DNA of 64,000 nt from Acidobacteriota bacterium (GTDB lineage Bacteria > Acidobacteriota > Thermoanaerobaculia > Gp7-AA8), in contig JAFATB010000006.1 in assembly GCA_019244185.1 (NCBI GenBank), positions 352,001 to 416,000 on the forward strand, given 5' to 3'. Of the stretch, positions 56,795 to 64,000 are shown in pieces. The notes under the pieces were generated by a model. The model ran no database searches. It was not told the DNA's origin and saw nothing but the letters and a program-made list of their open reading frames with translations. Each line of letters starts with the position of its first letter. Position 1 is the stretch's first letter. The position numbers and the translations under genes were made by a program.

Positions 56795-57457
56795 ATGCGT
56801 AAGTACGGATTCCTGCTTTTCCTGCTGCTCCTCACCACGACCAGTCTTTTCGCGCAGAACGAGAACTGGCGGCGCGGCCGCCATGACTATCGCGACGCGC
56901 CGAGCGATGACGCCTTCGAGCTGACGCCGTTCGTCGGCTACCGCTGGGGCGGGACGATCTTCGCCGACCAGACGAACCTGTTCCATCGCGACGTCGAAGT
57001 GAAGCCGAGCGCGGATTTCGGCGTCGATCTCGGCATCCCCCTCGGCGACACCGGTCTGAAGCTCGAGCTGATGGCCAACCATCAGAGCTCGACGCTCCGC
57101 ACCGACACCGGCATCTTCCAGCCGGACAACCGCGTCGCCGACGTCGACGTCAACTATGTCCAGGCCGGACTGCAGATTCCGTTCGCGCGCTCGCGCAACG
57201 CGACTCCCTACGTCGTCGTCAGCGGCGGCCTGGCCACGATCGACCCGCAGGTCACCAACGTCAGCGCGGAGAACCGCTTCGCCGCGTCCGCGGGCATCGG
57301 CGTGAAGGTGCCGGTGAACCGCAACCTCTCGCTGCGTCTCGAAGGCCGCGGCTACTACACGAGCCTCGGCAACGGCGACTGCCGCGTCTGCGACTATTTC
57401 GTCAACGAGGACTTCACGCAGGGCGAAGTCAACATGGGCTTCGTCTTCTCGTTCTAG
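56795..57457 (+). CDS. Outer-membrane beta-barrel protein
   Basis: Signal peptide, GGAGG RBS, amphipathic strands, terminal Phe (FVFSF). Confidence 0.82.
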   Translation: MRKYGFLLFLLLLTTTSLFAQNENWRRGRHDYRDAPSDDAFELTPFVGYRWGGTIFADQTNLFHRDVEVKPSADFGVDLGIPLGDTGLKLELMANHQSSTLRTDTGIFQPDNRVADVDVNYVQAGLQIPFARSRNATPYVVVSGGLATIDPQVTNVSAENRFAASAGIGVKVPVNRNLSLRLEGRGYYTSLGNGDCRVCDYFVNEDFTQGEVNMGFVFSF

Positions 57458-57470
57458 TATCGTCGCGGCC

Positions 57471-57998
57471 GTGGTGCCGCTCAGCCGTTTCCTCGCCGCG
57501 TCGGCCTACGCCGGCGCGGCGTTTTTGTTCGGACTCGCCCTCGGCGAGCGCGGAGAGCTCGGCTTCGTGCAGTATCTCTTCGCCGCGACCATCCCCCTTT
57601 CGGCGGCGATCATCGCGTTCTTCGCCCGCAGCGGACGCGCGGAAACGCTCTTCACCGGCGCCGCGATGCTCGCCGGCCTGCTCCTCGGGCAGCAGCAGTT
57701 CGCGCGCGCGTGGCGCGATTGCAGCGCGCACGCGAACGTCGTCCGCGACGCCATCCTCACGCACTACGCGCGCAGCGGCGACTATCCGGCGACGCTCGAG
57801 GAACTGCCGCTGCGCGAGCTGCCGTGCCGCTGCGGCCTGCGCAAGACGATCCTGCACTACCACGCCAACGAGCGTGGCTTCCGTCTCTGGCTGACGAACG
57901 ACTTCGAGCGCTACGTCGCCACCGAGCGCACGCCGTTTGTCATTGCCACCGGAACAGCTTCAGCGCCGCCACGTACGACACCGCGCTCCACGCGATGA
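57471..57998 (+). CDS. Hypothetical membrane protein
   Basis: Three TM segments followed by HY..SGDYPATLEEL (pilin/T2SS-G-like segment); overlaps the convergent permease by 59 bp. Confidence 0.55.
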   Translation: MVPLSRFLAASAYAGAAFLFGLALGERGELGFVQYLFAATIPLSAAIIAFFARSGRAETLFTGAAMLAGLLLGQQQFARAWRDCSAHANVVRDAILTHYARSGDYPATLEELPLRELPCRCGLRKTILHYHANERGFRLWLTNDFERYVATERTPFVIATGTASAPPRTTPRSTR

Positions 57999-58995
57999 GG
58001 TTCGCGAGCTGCGGCAGCACCGCGGTGAGGCCTCGGCCGTCGTTCATCACGATGCGCAGCGCGTCGTTGAGCGCGGTGAGCGGCAGCGCGCGGATGATCG
58101 GCTTCGCCGCGTCGGGGAAACGGTCGTACGAGAAGAAGACGCCGGAACAGATCCACATCGGCATCATGATCACGTTCATCAGGCCGCTCACCGCCTCGAT
58201 CGTGCGCACGCGCGACGCGAGCAGCAGGCCGATGCCGGCGAACGCCATCGCGCCGACGAGACACACCAGCGCGAAGACGATGAACGGCCCGTGCACGCGC
58301 ACGCCGAAGATCAGCCACGCCATCGTCGCCACCGCGCCGACTTCGAGCACGAGAAACACGAGCCGCATCAGGAACTGCGCGATGAGGTAGTGGCTCTTGC
58401 GCATCGGCGTGGCCACCATCCGCTTGAGCAGCTTGCGCAGCCGCGCGTTCACGATCGAGAAGCCGAGGCTCCACATGCTCGTGCCCATGATGTTCATGCC
58501 GAGGAGGCCAGGGACGAGGAAGTCGACATAGCGCGAGCCGGGCTCGGTGACGTGCTCCTCGCGCGCGGTGAGCACGTTGCGCCGTCCCGCCGCGGTCTGC
58601 AGCGCGTCGTCGACTTCGACACGCGCGGTGCGCGCGTCGGGACGCGTCGCATCGAGGCGATAAAGCGGCGTCGCATCGCCTTCGACGAGCAGCGAGATGT
58701 GGCCGCTGCGCAGCGCCTCGCGTCCCGCCGCCTCGTCGTAGAGCCGCGGCAGCAGCACGGGCGACTTCTCCAGCGCCGCGAGCCGCGCCTGCGCCGCGGG
58801 GCCGTTCACCACGCCGACCGGAATGCGGTCCGGCGCTTTCTCGCGGAACGCGAACCCGAGCGCCACCGTGAGAAGGATCGGGAACATGAAGACCCAGAAC
58901 ACCGCCTCGGTCTCGCGGATGAACTCCTTGATGCGGATGGTCGTCAGCTCGAGCAGCGGATGGCGGACGCCCGCTTTCTTCGCCGGGTCAGACAT
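57940..58995 (-). CDS. ABC-2 type exporter permease
   Basis: AVFWVFMFPILL, YVDFLVPGLLGM, LKRMVATP, LPLTALNDALR. Confidence 0.92.
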   Translation of the reverse strand: MSDPAKKAGVRHPLLELTTIRIKEFIRETEAVFWVFMFPILLTVALGFAFREKAPDRIPVGVVNGPAAQARLAALEKSPVLLPRLYDEAAGREALRSGHISLLVEGDATPLYRLDATRPDARTARVEVDDALQTAAGRRNVLTAREEHVTEPGSRYVDFLVPGLLGMNIMGTSMWSLGFSIVNARLRKLLKRMVATPMRKSHYLIAQFLMRLVFLVLEVGAVATMAWLIFGVRVHGPFIVFALVCLVGAMAFAGIGLLLASRVRTIEAVSGLMNVIMMPMWICSGVFFSYDRFPDAAKPIIRALPLTALNDALRIVMNDGRGLTAVLPQLANLIAWSAVSYVAALKLFRWQ

Positions 58996-59911
58996 CGCGC
59001 AGCTCCCTTCCAGTCAGCGAGACGAAGAGGTCTTCGAGCGTCGCCGCGTGCGTGCTCAACGTGAGAATGCGCGCGTCGTGGACGTCGGTGACGGCGATGA
59101 GCTGCGGCACGGCGACGGCGAGCGAGTCGACGCGCAGCTGCCAGCCGTTGCCGCGCCGTCGCGCGCCATGGAAGCCGTCGAGGTTCGCGAATGCGGATTC
59201 GTCAAGATCTGGCTCGGTCGTGAACTCGATGATGTTCGCGGCGTCGAGCTTCGCGATCAGCTCGCGCGGCGTACCGAGGGCGATGAGCTGGCCGTGATCG
59301 ACGATCGCCACGCGATCGCAGAGACGCTCGGCTTCTTCCATGTAGTGCGTCGTGAGGAGCACCGTTCCGCCGCGCGCGCGATAGCCGGTGACGACTTCCC
59401 ACAGTTGCAGGCGGCTCTGCGGATCGAGGCCGGTGGTCGGCTCGTCGAGAAAGAGGATGTCCGGCTCGCCCGCGAGCGCGCACGCGACCGCGAGCCGCTG
59501 CTTCTGGCCACCCGACAGCTTGCCGACGCGCGCGTCGCGCTTCTCATCGAGCGAGAGCTCGCGCAGCAGCGCGTCGGGATCGGGACCGCTGCGATAGAAC
59601 GAGCGAAAGAGCCGCAGCGTCTCGCGCACGGTGAGCTTCTCGGAGAGCTGCGTTTCCTGCAGAGAGACGCCGATGCGCTCGCGCAACTCGCGCTCGTCGT
59701 GATTCCACGTGAGCCCGAGCACGTGCACGTCGCCGCCGTCGGGCTTCGTCAGCCCTTCGAGGATCTCGATCGTCGTCGTCTTCCCCGCGCCGTTCGGCCC
59801 GAGAAGGCCGAAACACTCGCCGCGCAGCACCTCGAGATCGATGCCGTCGACGGCTTTCACGTCGGGGTAGTACTTCTTCAATTGAACGCAGGAGATTGCT
59901 GCATCGACCAC
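58988..59911 (-). CDS. ABC-2 type exporter ATP-binding protein
   Basis: GPNGAGKTT, LSGGQKQRL, FLDEPTTGLDP, TTHYMEEAE. Confidence 0.95.
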   Translation of the reverse strand: MVDAAISCVQLKKYYPDVKAVDGIDLEVLRGECFGLLGPNGAGKTTTIEILEGLTKPDGGDVHVLGLTWNHDERELRERIGVSLQETQLSEKLTVRETLRLFRSFYRSGPDPDALLRELSLDEKRDARVGKLSGGQKQRLAVACALAGEPDILFLDEPTTGLDPQSRLQLWEVVTGYRARGGTVLLTTHYMEEAERLCDRVAIVDHGQLIALGTPRELIAKLDAANIIEFTTEPDLDESAFANLDGFHGARRRGNGWQLRVDSLAVAVPQLIAVTDVHDARILTLSTHAATLEDLFVSLTGRELRDV

Positions 59912-59931
59912 ACTTCCATACTCTCACAACG

Positions 59932-60897
59932 ATGCGCGCAATCGTGATCTCTACACCCGGTGGTCCTGACGTCCTGCAAATCGGCGACGCGCCGCGTCCC
60001 GTTCTCGGTCCGCGCGATCTGCGCATCGACGTGCGCGCGACCGCGGTGAACCGCGCCGATCTCCTCCAGCGCGAAGGCCACTATCCGCCGCCTCCCGGCG
60101 CGTCCGACATCCTCGGCCTCGAATGCGCCGGCACGGTCGCGGAAGCCAGCGCGGACGTTTCGGGCTGGCGCATCGGCGAGCGCGTCATGGCGCTGCTTCC
60201 CGGCGGCGGCTACGCGGAGGAAGTCGTCGTCGACGCCGGCTCGGCGATGCGTGTGCCCGATGCGCTCAGCGACGAGGAGGCGGCCGCGCTGCCGGAAGTC
60301 TTTCTCACCGCGTTCTCGAATCTCTTCCTGCTCGCCCGCGTGCATGCAGGCGAGAGCGCGCTCGTGCACGGCGGCGGCAGCGGCGTCGGCACGGCCGCGA
60401 CGACGCTGCTGAAGCTCGCAGGCGTGCGCGTCCTCGTCACCGCCGGCTCGCGCGAAAAGTGCGAGCGCTGCCTCGCGCACGGCGCCGACGTCGCCATCAA
60501 CTACCGCGAGGAAGACTTCGCCGAGAAAGCGCGCGGCGTGAACGTGATCCTCGATCACATCGGCGCGCCGTACGTCGCGCGCGACCTCGACGCCATCGCG
60601 ATCGACGGACGCATCGTCATCATCGGCTCGATGGGCGGCTCGCGCTCGACCGAAGTCGATATCTCGAAATTACTCGGCAAACGCGCGCAGCTCATCGGCT
60701 CGACGCTACGCGCGCGCAGCAACGAGGCGAAGGCCGAGATCGTGCGCGCGTTCGTCGCGCGGTTCGGCGAGGACCTCGAGGCCGGTCGCATTCATCCCGT
60801 CGTGCACAGCGTGCTGCCGCTCGACCGCGCCGCCGACGCGCACCGGCTCATGGCGTCGAACGAACACTTCGGCAAGATCGTGCTGCGCGTGCGGTAG
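59932..60897 (+). CDS. NAD(P)H:quinone oxidoreductase (PIG3/zeta-crystallin family)
   Basis: NRADLLQREG.YPPP, GGGYAE, HGGGSGVG, GSTLR, HFGKIVL. Confidence 0.93.
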   Translation: MRAIVISTPGGPDVLQIGDAPRPVLGPRDLRIDVRATAVNRADLLQREGHYPPPPGASDILGLECAGTVAEASADVSGWRIGERVMALLPGGGYAEEVVVDAGSAMRVPDALSDEEAAALPEVFLTAFSNLFLLARVHAGESALVHGGGSGVGTAATTLLKLAGVRVLVTAGSREKCERCLAHGADVAINYREEDFAEKARGVNVILDHIGAPYVARDLDAIAIDGRIVIIGSMGGSRSTEVDISKLLGKRAQLIGSTLRARSNEAKAEIVRAFVARFGEDLEAGRIHPVVHSVLPLDRAADAHRLMASNEHFGKIVLRVR

Positions 60898-60903
60898 TCG
60901 GCG

Positions 60904-62169
60904 TCAGTGATGCACGGCACGCCGCCGCGGATAGCGCGCGCGATCCGCCTGCACGGCTGCGAGCGCCGCGGCGGCGTCGATGCGCGGAAAGACGCGGTTC
61001 GTGCGATGGTCAGGTACTGGACGACCTGTTTCCTTCAACACGTCTTCGAGCGCGTCGGCGTCGAGGCCACCTGACGCTTCGAGCAGCAGCGCGATCGTGC
61101 CGGCGACGTGCGGCGCGGCCATCGACGTGCCGTAGTACGTCACCTCACCGCCGCCGCGGCGCGAGGCGGTGATCGGCGCGCCGGGCGCGACGAGATCGAC
61201 GGCGTCGGTTGCGTTCGAGAAGCAGGTGACGTCGTCGACGCGCGCGTTCGCGTCGGTGCAGTTGAACGGCGTCGGGTAGTTGCCGTCGTGATCCCACGTC
61301 GCGCCGATGCCGAGAACGTCCGTCATGCACGCGGGCATCGTGACGCCGGAGGTCGAGCCTTCGTTGCCGGACGACGCGGTGATCAGCACGCCCCGCTTGC
61401 GAAGGCGCGCGACGACCGGTGCCAGCGCGAGCGCGAGCGCGTCGGCGTTGCATTCGCTGGTCGCGAAGAGCCGGCTCGTGCCGAGGGAGAGGTTGATGAC
61501 ACGGACGTCGGGACGCGTGTCGGCGATCCAGGAAAGCGCGCGATAGACCTGGCCGAACGACGCGAAGCGCGCGTCGCGGTCGAGCGCGCGCACGGCGACG
61601 ATGTGCGCGTGCGGCGCGACGCCCGCGGGCGCGGACGCGCCGCCGCCCGCGAGGATGCCGGCGACGTTGGTGCCGTGTCCGTTGTCATCGCGCGCGGCGC
61701 CGGGACCGCTTTGCTCGGTCGCGCCATTCGGACAGCAGCCGGTGCCGAGGTTGTCGCAGAAGCACTGCTCCGCGACGATGCGATCGGCAAAGTCGGGGTT
61801 CGTGAGGTCGATCCCGCTGTCGACGATGGCCACGGTGATCCCGTCGCCTTCGAAGCCGAGGGCATGCACGCGATCGACGCCGATCAGCGGCAGCGACTCC
61901 CGCAGCGCCGCGTGTCCGCCGGTGTCGACGGAGACCGCGCGCACGCGCGGATCGCTGCGCAGGCGTTCGACGTCGGCATCATCGATCTCCGCCGAAAACG
62001 CGAGCGGCGACCAGTTGTCGAGCCGCGTCGCATCGTGGAGCGCCGAGACGACGGCGGAGGATTTCGTGCTCGACGAGCGCAGCGCGACGACAACCTGCAC
62101 GCGCGCGGCGTAGAGGGGCACCGCGAAGGCGAGGACGTACGCGAGTATGCAGGCGAGGCGGCGCAGCAC
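60904..62169 (-). CDS. Secreted S8 (subtilisin-like) serine peptidase
   Basis: Catalytic IVDSG, HGT, GTSMAAPHVAG; oxyanion SGN; signal peptide from GTG 62169; ends YPRRRAVHH. Confidence 0.92.
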   Translation of the reverse strand: MLRRLACILAYVLAFAVPLYAARVQVVVALRSSSTKSSAVVSALHDATRLDNWSPLAFSAEIDDADVERLRSDPRVRAVSVDTGGHAALRESLPLIGVDRVHALGFEGDGITVAIVDSGIDLTNPDFADRIVAEQCFCDNLGTGCCPNGATEQSGPGAARDDNGHGTNVAGILAGGGASAPAGVAPHAHIVAVRALDRDARFASFGQVYRALSWIADTRPDVRVINLSLGTSRLFATSECNADALALALAPVVARLRKRGVLITASSGNEGSTSGVTMPACMTDVLGIGATWDHDGNYPTPFNCTDANARVDDVTCFSNATDAVDLVAPGAPITASRRGGGEVTYYGTSMAAPHVAGTIALLLEASGGLDADALEDVLKETGRPVPDHRTNRVFPRIDAAAALAAVQADRARYPRRRAVHH

Positions 62170-62430
62170 GCGCGCAGCATAGCGCGCGGGGCGTGCTGCG
62201 CGGGCGCGGCACGGCGCGAGCTTCGACGCGACGCAAACAGGCGCTCGGTTCGCGGCGCGACTCTCAGCCAGCAGCGGCGCTGCCGACTGTCGCTGATCAG
62301 CGGCACGTTTACGCACGCGCGGCGACGCGCGAGCTTCGCCGTGTGGCCGCGATGCGCGCGCCTCCTGACGCTGCACGCTCGAACGCTGAAACAACGGAGA
62401 CAGCCGGCGGCCGCTCCCAAGCGGCGCCCC

Positions 62431-62946
62431 TCACGCCGCGCGACACCGCTTCACCCTCGCCCACCGCCGCGAGCCGCTCTTCGCCGCCGGACTCACGCGC
62501 GTCAGCAGCGACGCGCACGCGTCCTGACACTGAAAGTACGTGAACTTGTCGAGGTCGGTCATGCCGCTGAGGGCGTAGTCGAGCGCGGTCTCGCCGTTGT
62601 GATCGGCCGCCGCGGGCTTCGCGCCGTGTCCGAGGAGCAGCGCCACGGTGGCGCGGTCGCCGTAGCCGGCGGCCATCATCAGCGGGGTCATGCCGCCGTC
62701 GCCGGCGCGGTTCGGGTCGGCGCCGGCGGCGAGGAGCGCGGCGGCGGCGGCGGGTTGCGACTTATGGACGGCGTGGAGGAGCGGCGTCCAGCCGTTCTCG
62801 CCGCTCGGCGCGTTCGGGTCGGCGCCGTGCGCGAGCAGCGCGCGCACGCGGGCGACGTCGCCGGCGCGGGCGGCGGTGACGAGCGGCGTGAACTCGGCGC
62901 GGCGCACCGAGCATGCGAGCAGGAGCAGCGCGAAGAGGAATCGCAT
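62431..62946 (-). CDS. Ankyrin-repeat protein, exported (possible lipoprotein)
   Basis: MRFLFALLLLAC; TPLVTAA..GADPN, GWTPLLHAV, GMTPLMMAA, GETALDYA. Confidence 0.85.
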   Translation of the reverse strand: MRFLFALLLLACSVRRAEFTPLVTAARAGDVARVRALLAHGADPNAPSGENGWTPLLHAVHKSQPAAAAALLAAGADPNRAGDGGMTPLMMAAGYGDRATVALLLGHGAKPAAADHNGETALDYALSGMTDLDKFTYFQCQDACASLLTRVSPAAKSGSRRWARVKRCRAA

Positions 62947-62977
62947 GCCGCCAATCTGCGTCGCCCGCAAAACGATG

Positions 62978-63484
62978 TCAAGTACTTTTTGTTAAAAAGT
63001 ACAAGCCGCCCCACACTTTCAGATCAATCAGCACGCCGTCGTCCGCCTTCTTCGCCAGCCACGACTCGAGCTCGTCGCGTGGAATTTCGTGCACGGTGAT
63101 GTCCTCGCCGCCCACGCCCCCGCCCTCCCCGTTCTTCCGCGCGTTCTTCGCGCGGTAGAAGCTGACCAGCTCCGACACGATGCCGGGCGAGCTGGGACCC
63201 TTCGCCAGAAACTCGACCGACTCGCACGTGTAGCCGGTCTCCTCTTCCAGCTCCTTCTTCGCCGTCTTCGCGGGATCCTTCGTCCCCTCGTCGCCGACGA
63301 GGCCCGCGGGCCAGTCGATGACGCGCGCATCGACCGGCTTGCGCTCCTGCTCGGTGAGAATCACGCGGCCGTCGACTTCGGCGATGACGGCGACGGCTTC
63401 GGTGGCGGAGGTACGCTCGACGAACTGCCAGTCGTCGCGCTCGAGCACGCGCAGACGCTTCGATTCGAACAATGTTTTCTTCAT
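62978..63484 (-). CDS. NUDIX hydrolase (ADP-ribose pyrophosphatase-like)
   Basis: PAGLV..AKKELEEETGY Nudix box; SPG. Confidence 0.9.
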   Translation of the reverse strand: MKKTLFESKRLRVLERDDWQFVERTSATEAVAVIAEVDGRVILTEQERKPVDARVIDWPAGLVGDEGTKDPAKTAKKELEEETGYTCESVEFLAKGPSSPGIVSELVSFYRAKNARKNGEGGGVGGEDITVHEIPRDELESWLAKKADDGVLIDLKVWGGLYFLTKST

Positions 63485-63485
63485 G

Positions 63486-64000
63486 TCAGAAGAGCGAGCC
63501 TTGCAAAGTTCGTCGCCGGAAGTGCTCGGTCGACAACGCGCGGTCCTCTTCGTTGAGCCCGAGCCTGCGGCAGGTGACGTCGAACAGCGCCTCGATCTGG
63601 TCGGCGAAGATGCCGGTGCCGCGGCCGCGCACGCCCCACTGCGCGTCGTAGAGCTTGCCGCCGCGCAGATCGCGCACGCGGTTCAGCACCTTGTCCTTGC
63701 GATCGGGGTAGTGCTCCTCGAGCCAGCGCTCGAAGAGCGGCGCGACGGCCCACGGCAACCGCAACACGACGAAGCCCGCCCAGCGCGCGCCCGCTTTCTT
63801 CGCCGCGGTGAGAATCGCCGGCAGCTCGTGATCGGTGATGCCGGGGACGACCGGCGCGGCCATGACGCCGACCGGCACGCCCGCGTTCGCGAGCGTTTCG
63901 ATCGCCTCGAGGCGCAGCGCGGGCGTCGACGTGCGCGGCTCCATGATCCGCGCGAGGTTCGGGTCGAGCGTGGTGACGCTGACGAACACGCGCGCGGCGT
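63486..64000 (-). CDS. Radical SAM protein, PA0069 family, C-terminal part (5' end outside window)
   Basis: VSVTTLD..MEPR, PVVPGITDHE, LRLPWAVAPLF..W..HYPDR..KV..RGGKLYD. Confidence 0.85.
   Translation of the reverse strand, partial: AARVFVSVTTLDPNLARIMEPRTSTPALRLEAIETLANAGVPVGVMAAPVVPGITDHELPAILTAAKKAGARWAGFVVLRLPWAVAPLFERWLEEHYPDRKDKVLNRVRDLRGGKLYDAQWGVRGRGTGIFADQIEALFDVTCRRLGLNEEDRALSTEHFRRRTLQGSLF

Noticed and set aside
62170-62430. 260-bp spacer upstream of the S8 protease as an ncRNA or N-terminal extension
   Set aside because: Only a weak short direct repeat (GCGCGAGCTTCG twice) and no convincing structure. The in-frame extension lacks protein-like composition and precedes the signal peptide.
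2600-63099. Many long Arg/Ala-rich alternative-frame and antisense ORFs (e.g. 2600-4486, 6477-8744, 20086-23001, 25106-27763, 61108-63099)
   Set aside because: Shadow ORFs expected in very GC-rich DNA; each overlaps a gene with clear family motifs.

Overview
Densely packed, very GC-rich bacterial chromosomal window with about 70 CDS. I saw no rRNA, tRNA, CRISPR array, transposase or phage genes. Gene content (Acidobacterial-type VWA protein, IPT/TIG proteins, CarD, outer-membrane barrels) suggests a diderm Acidobacteriota genome, possibly Thermoanaerobaculia; this is inference only. Most of it is housekeeping: mutY, xerD, lipA, carD, deoB/pdp, queC/queE, mce, tyrA, rph, glgC, a class-II DnaJ, aroA, xth, two ABC exporters and a GAF-GGDEF module. 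Less ordinary items: (1) the start of a gas-vesicle accessory operon (GvpL/F, GvpG) coupled to an ArsA/Get3 ATPase that runs off the left edge; (2) three tandem YfhO-like GT-C glycosyltransferases; (3) two unrelated secreted proteins ending in the same Pro + RRx(S/A)V(R/H) tail, a candidate sorting signal; (4) a three-copy intergenic repeat, one copy forming a 171-bp inverted-repeat element with mirror-image base skew on its flanks; (5) TANNNT boxes 6-10 nt before many start codons, suggesting leaderless and sometimes bidirectional promoters; (6) sigma54-like motifs before small or unannotated ORFs; (7) a PD-(D/E)XK-like gene coupled to a Tat-signal small protein and an amidase; (8) an orphan BrnA-like antitoxin with a decayed toxin remnant. 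All product calls come from motif recognition by eye; no searches were run.
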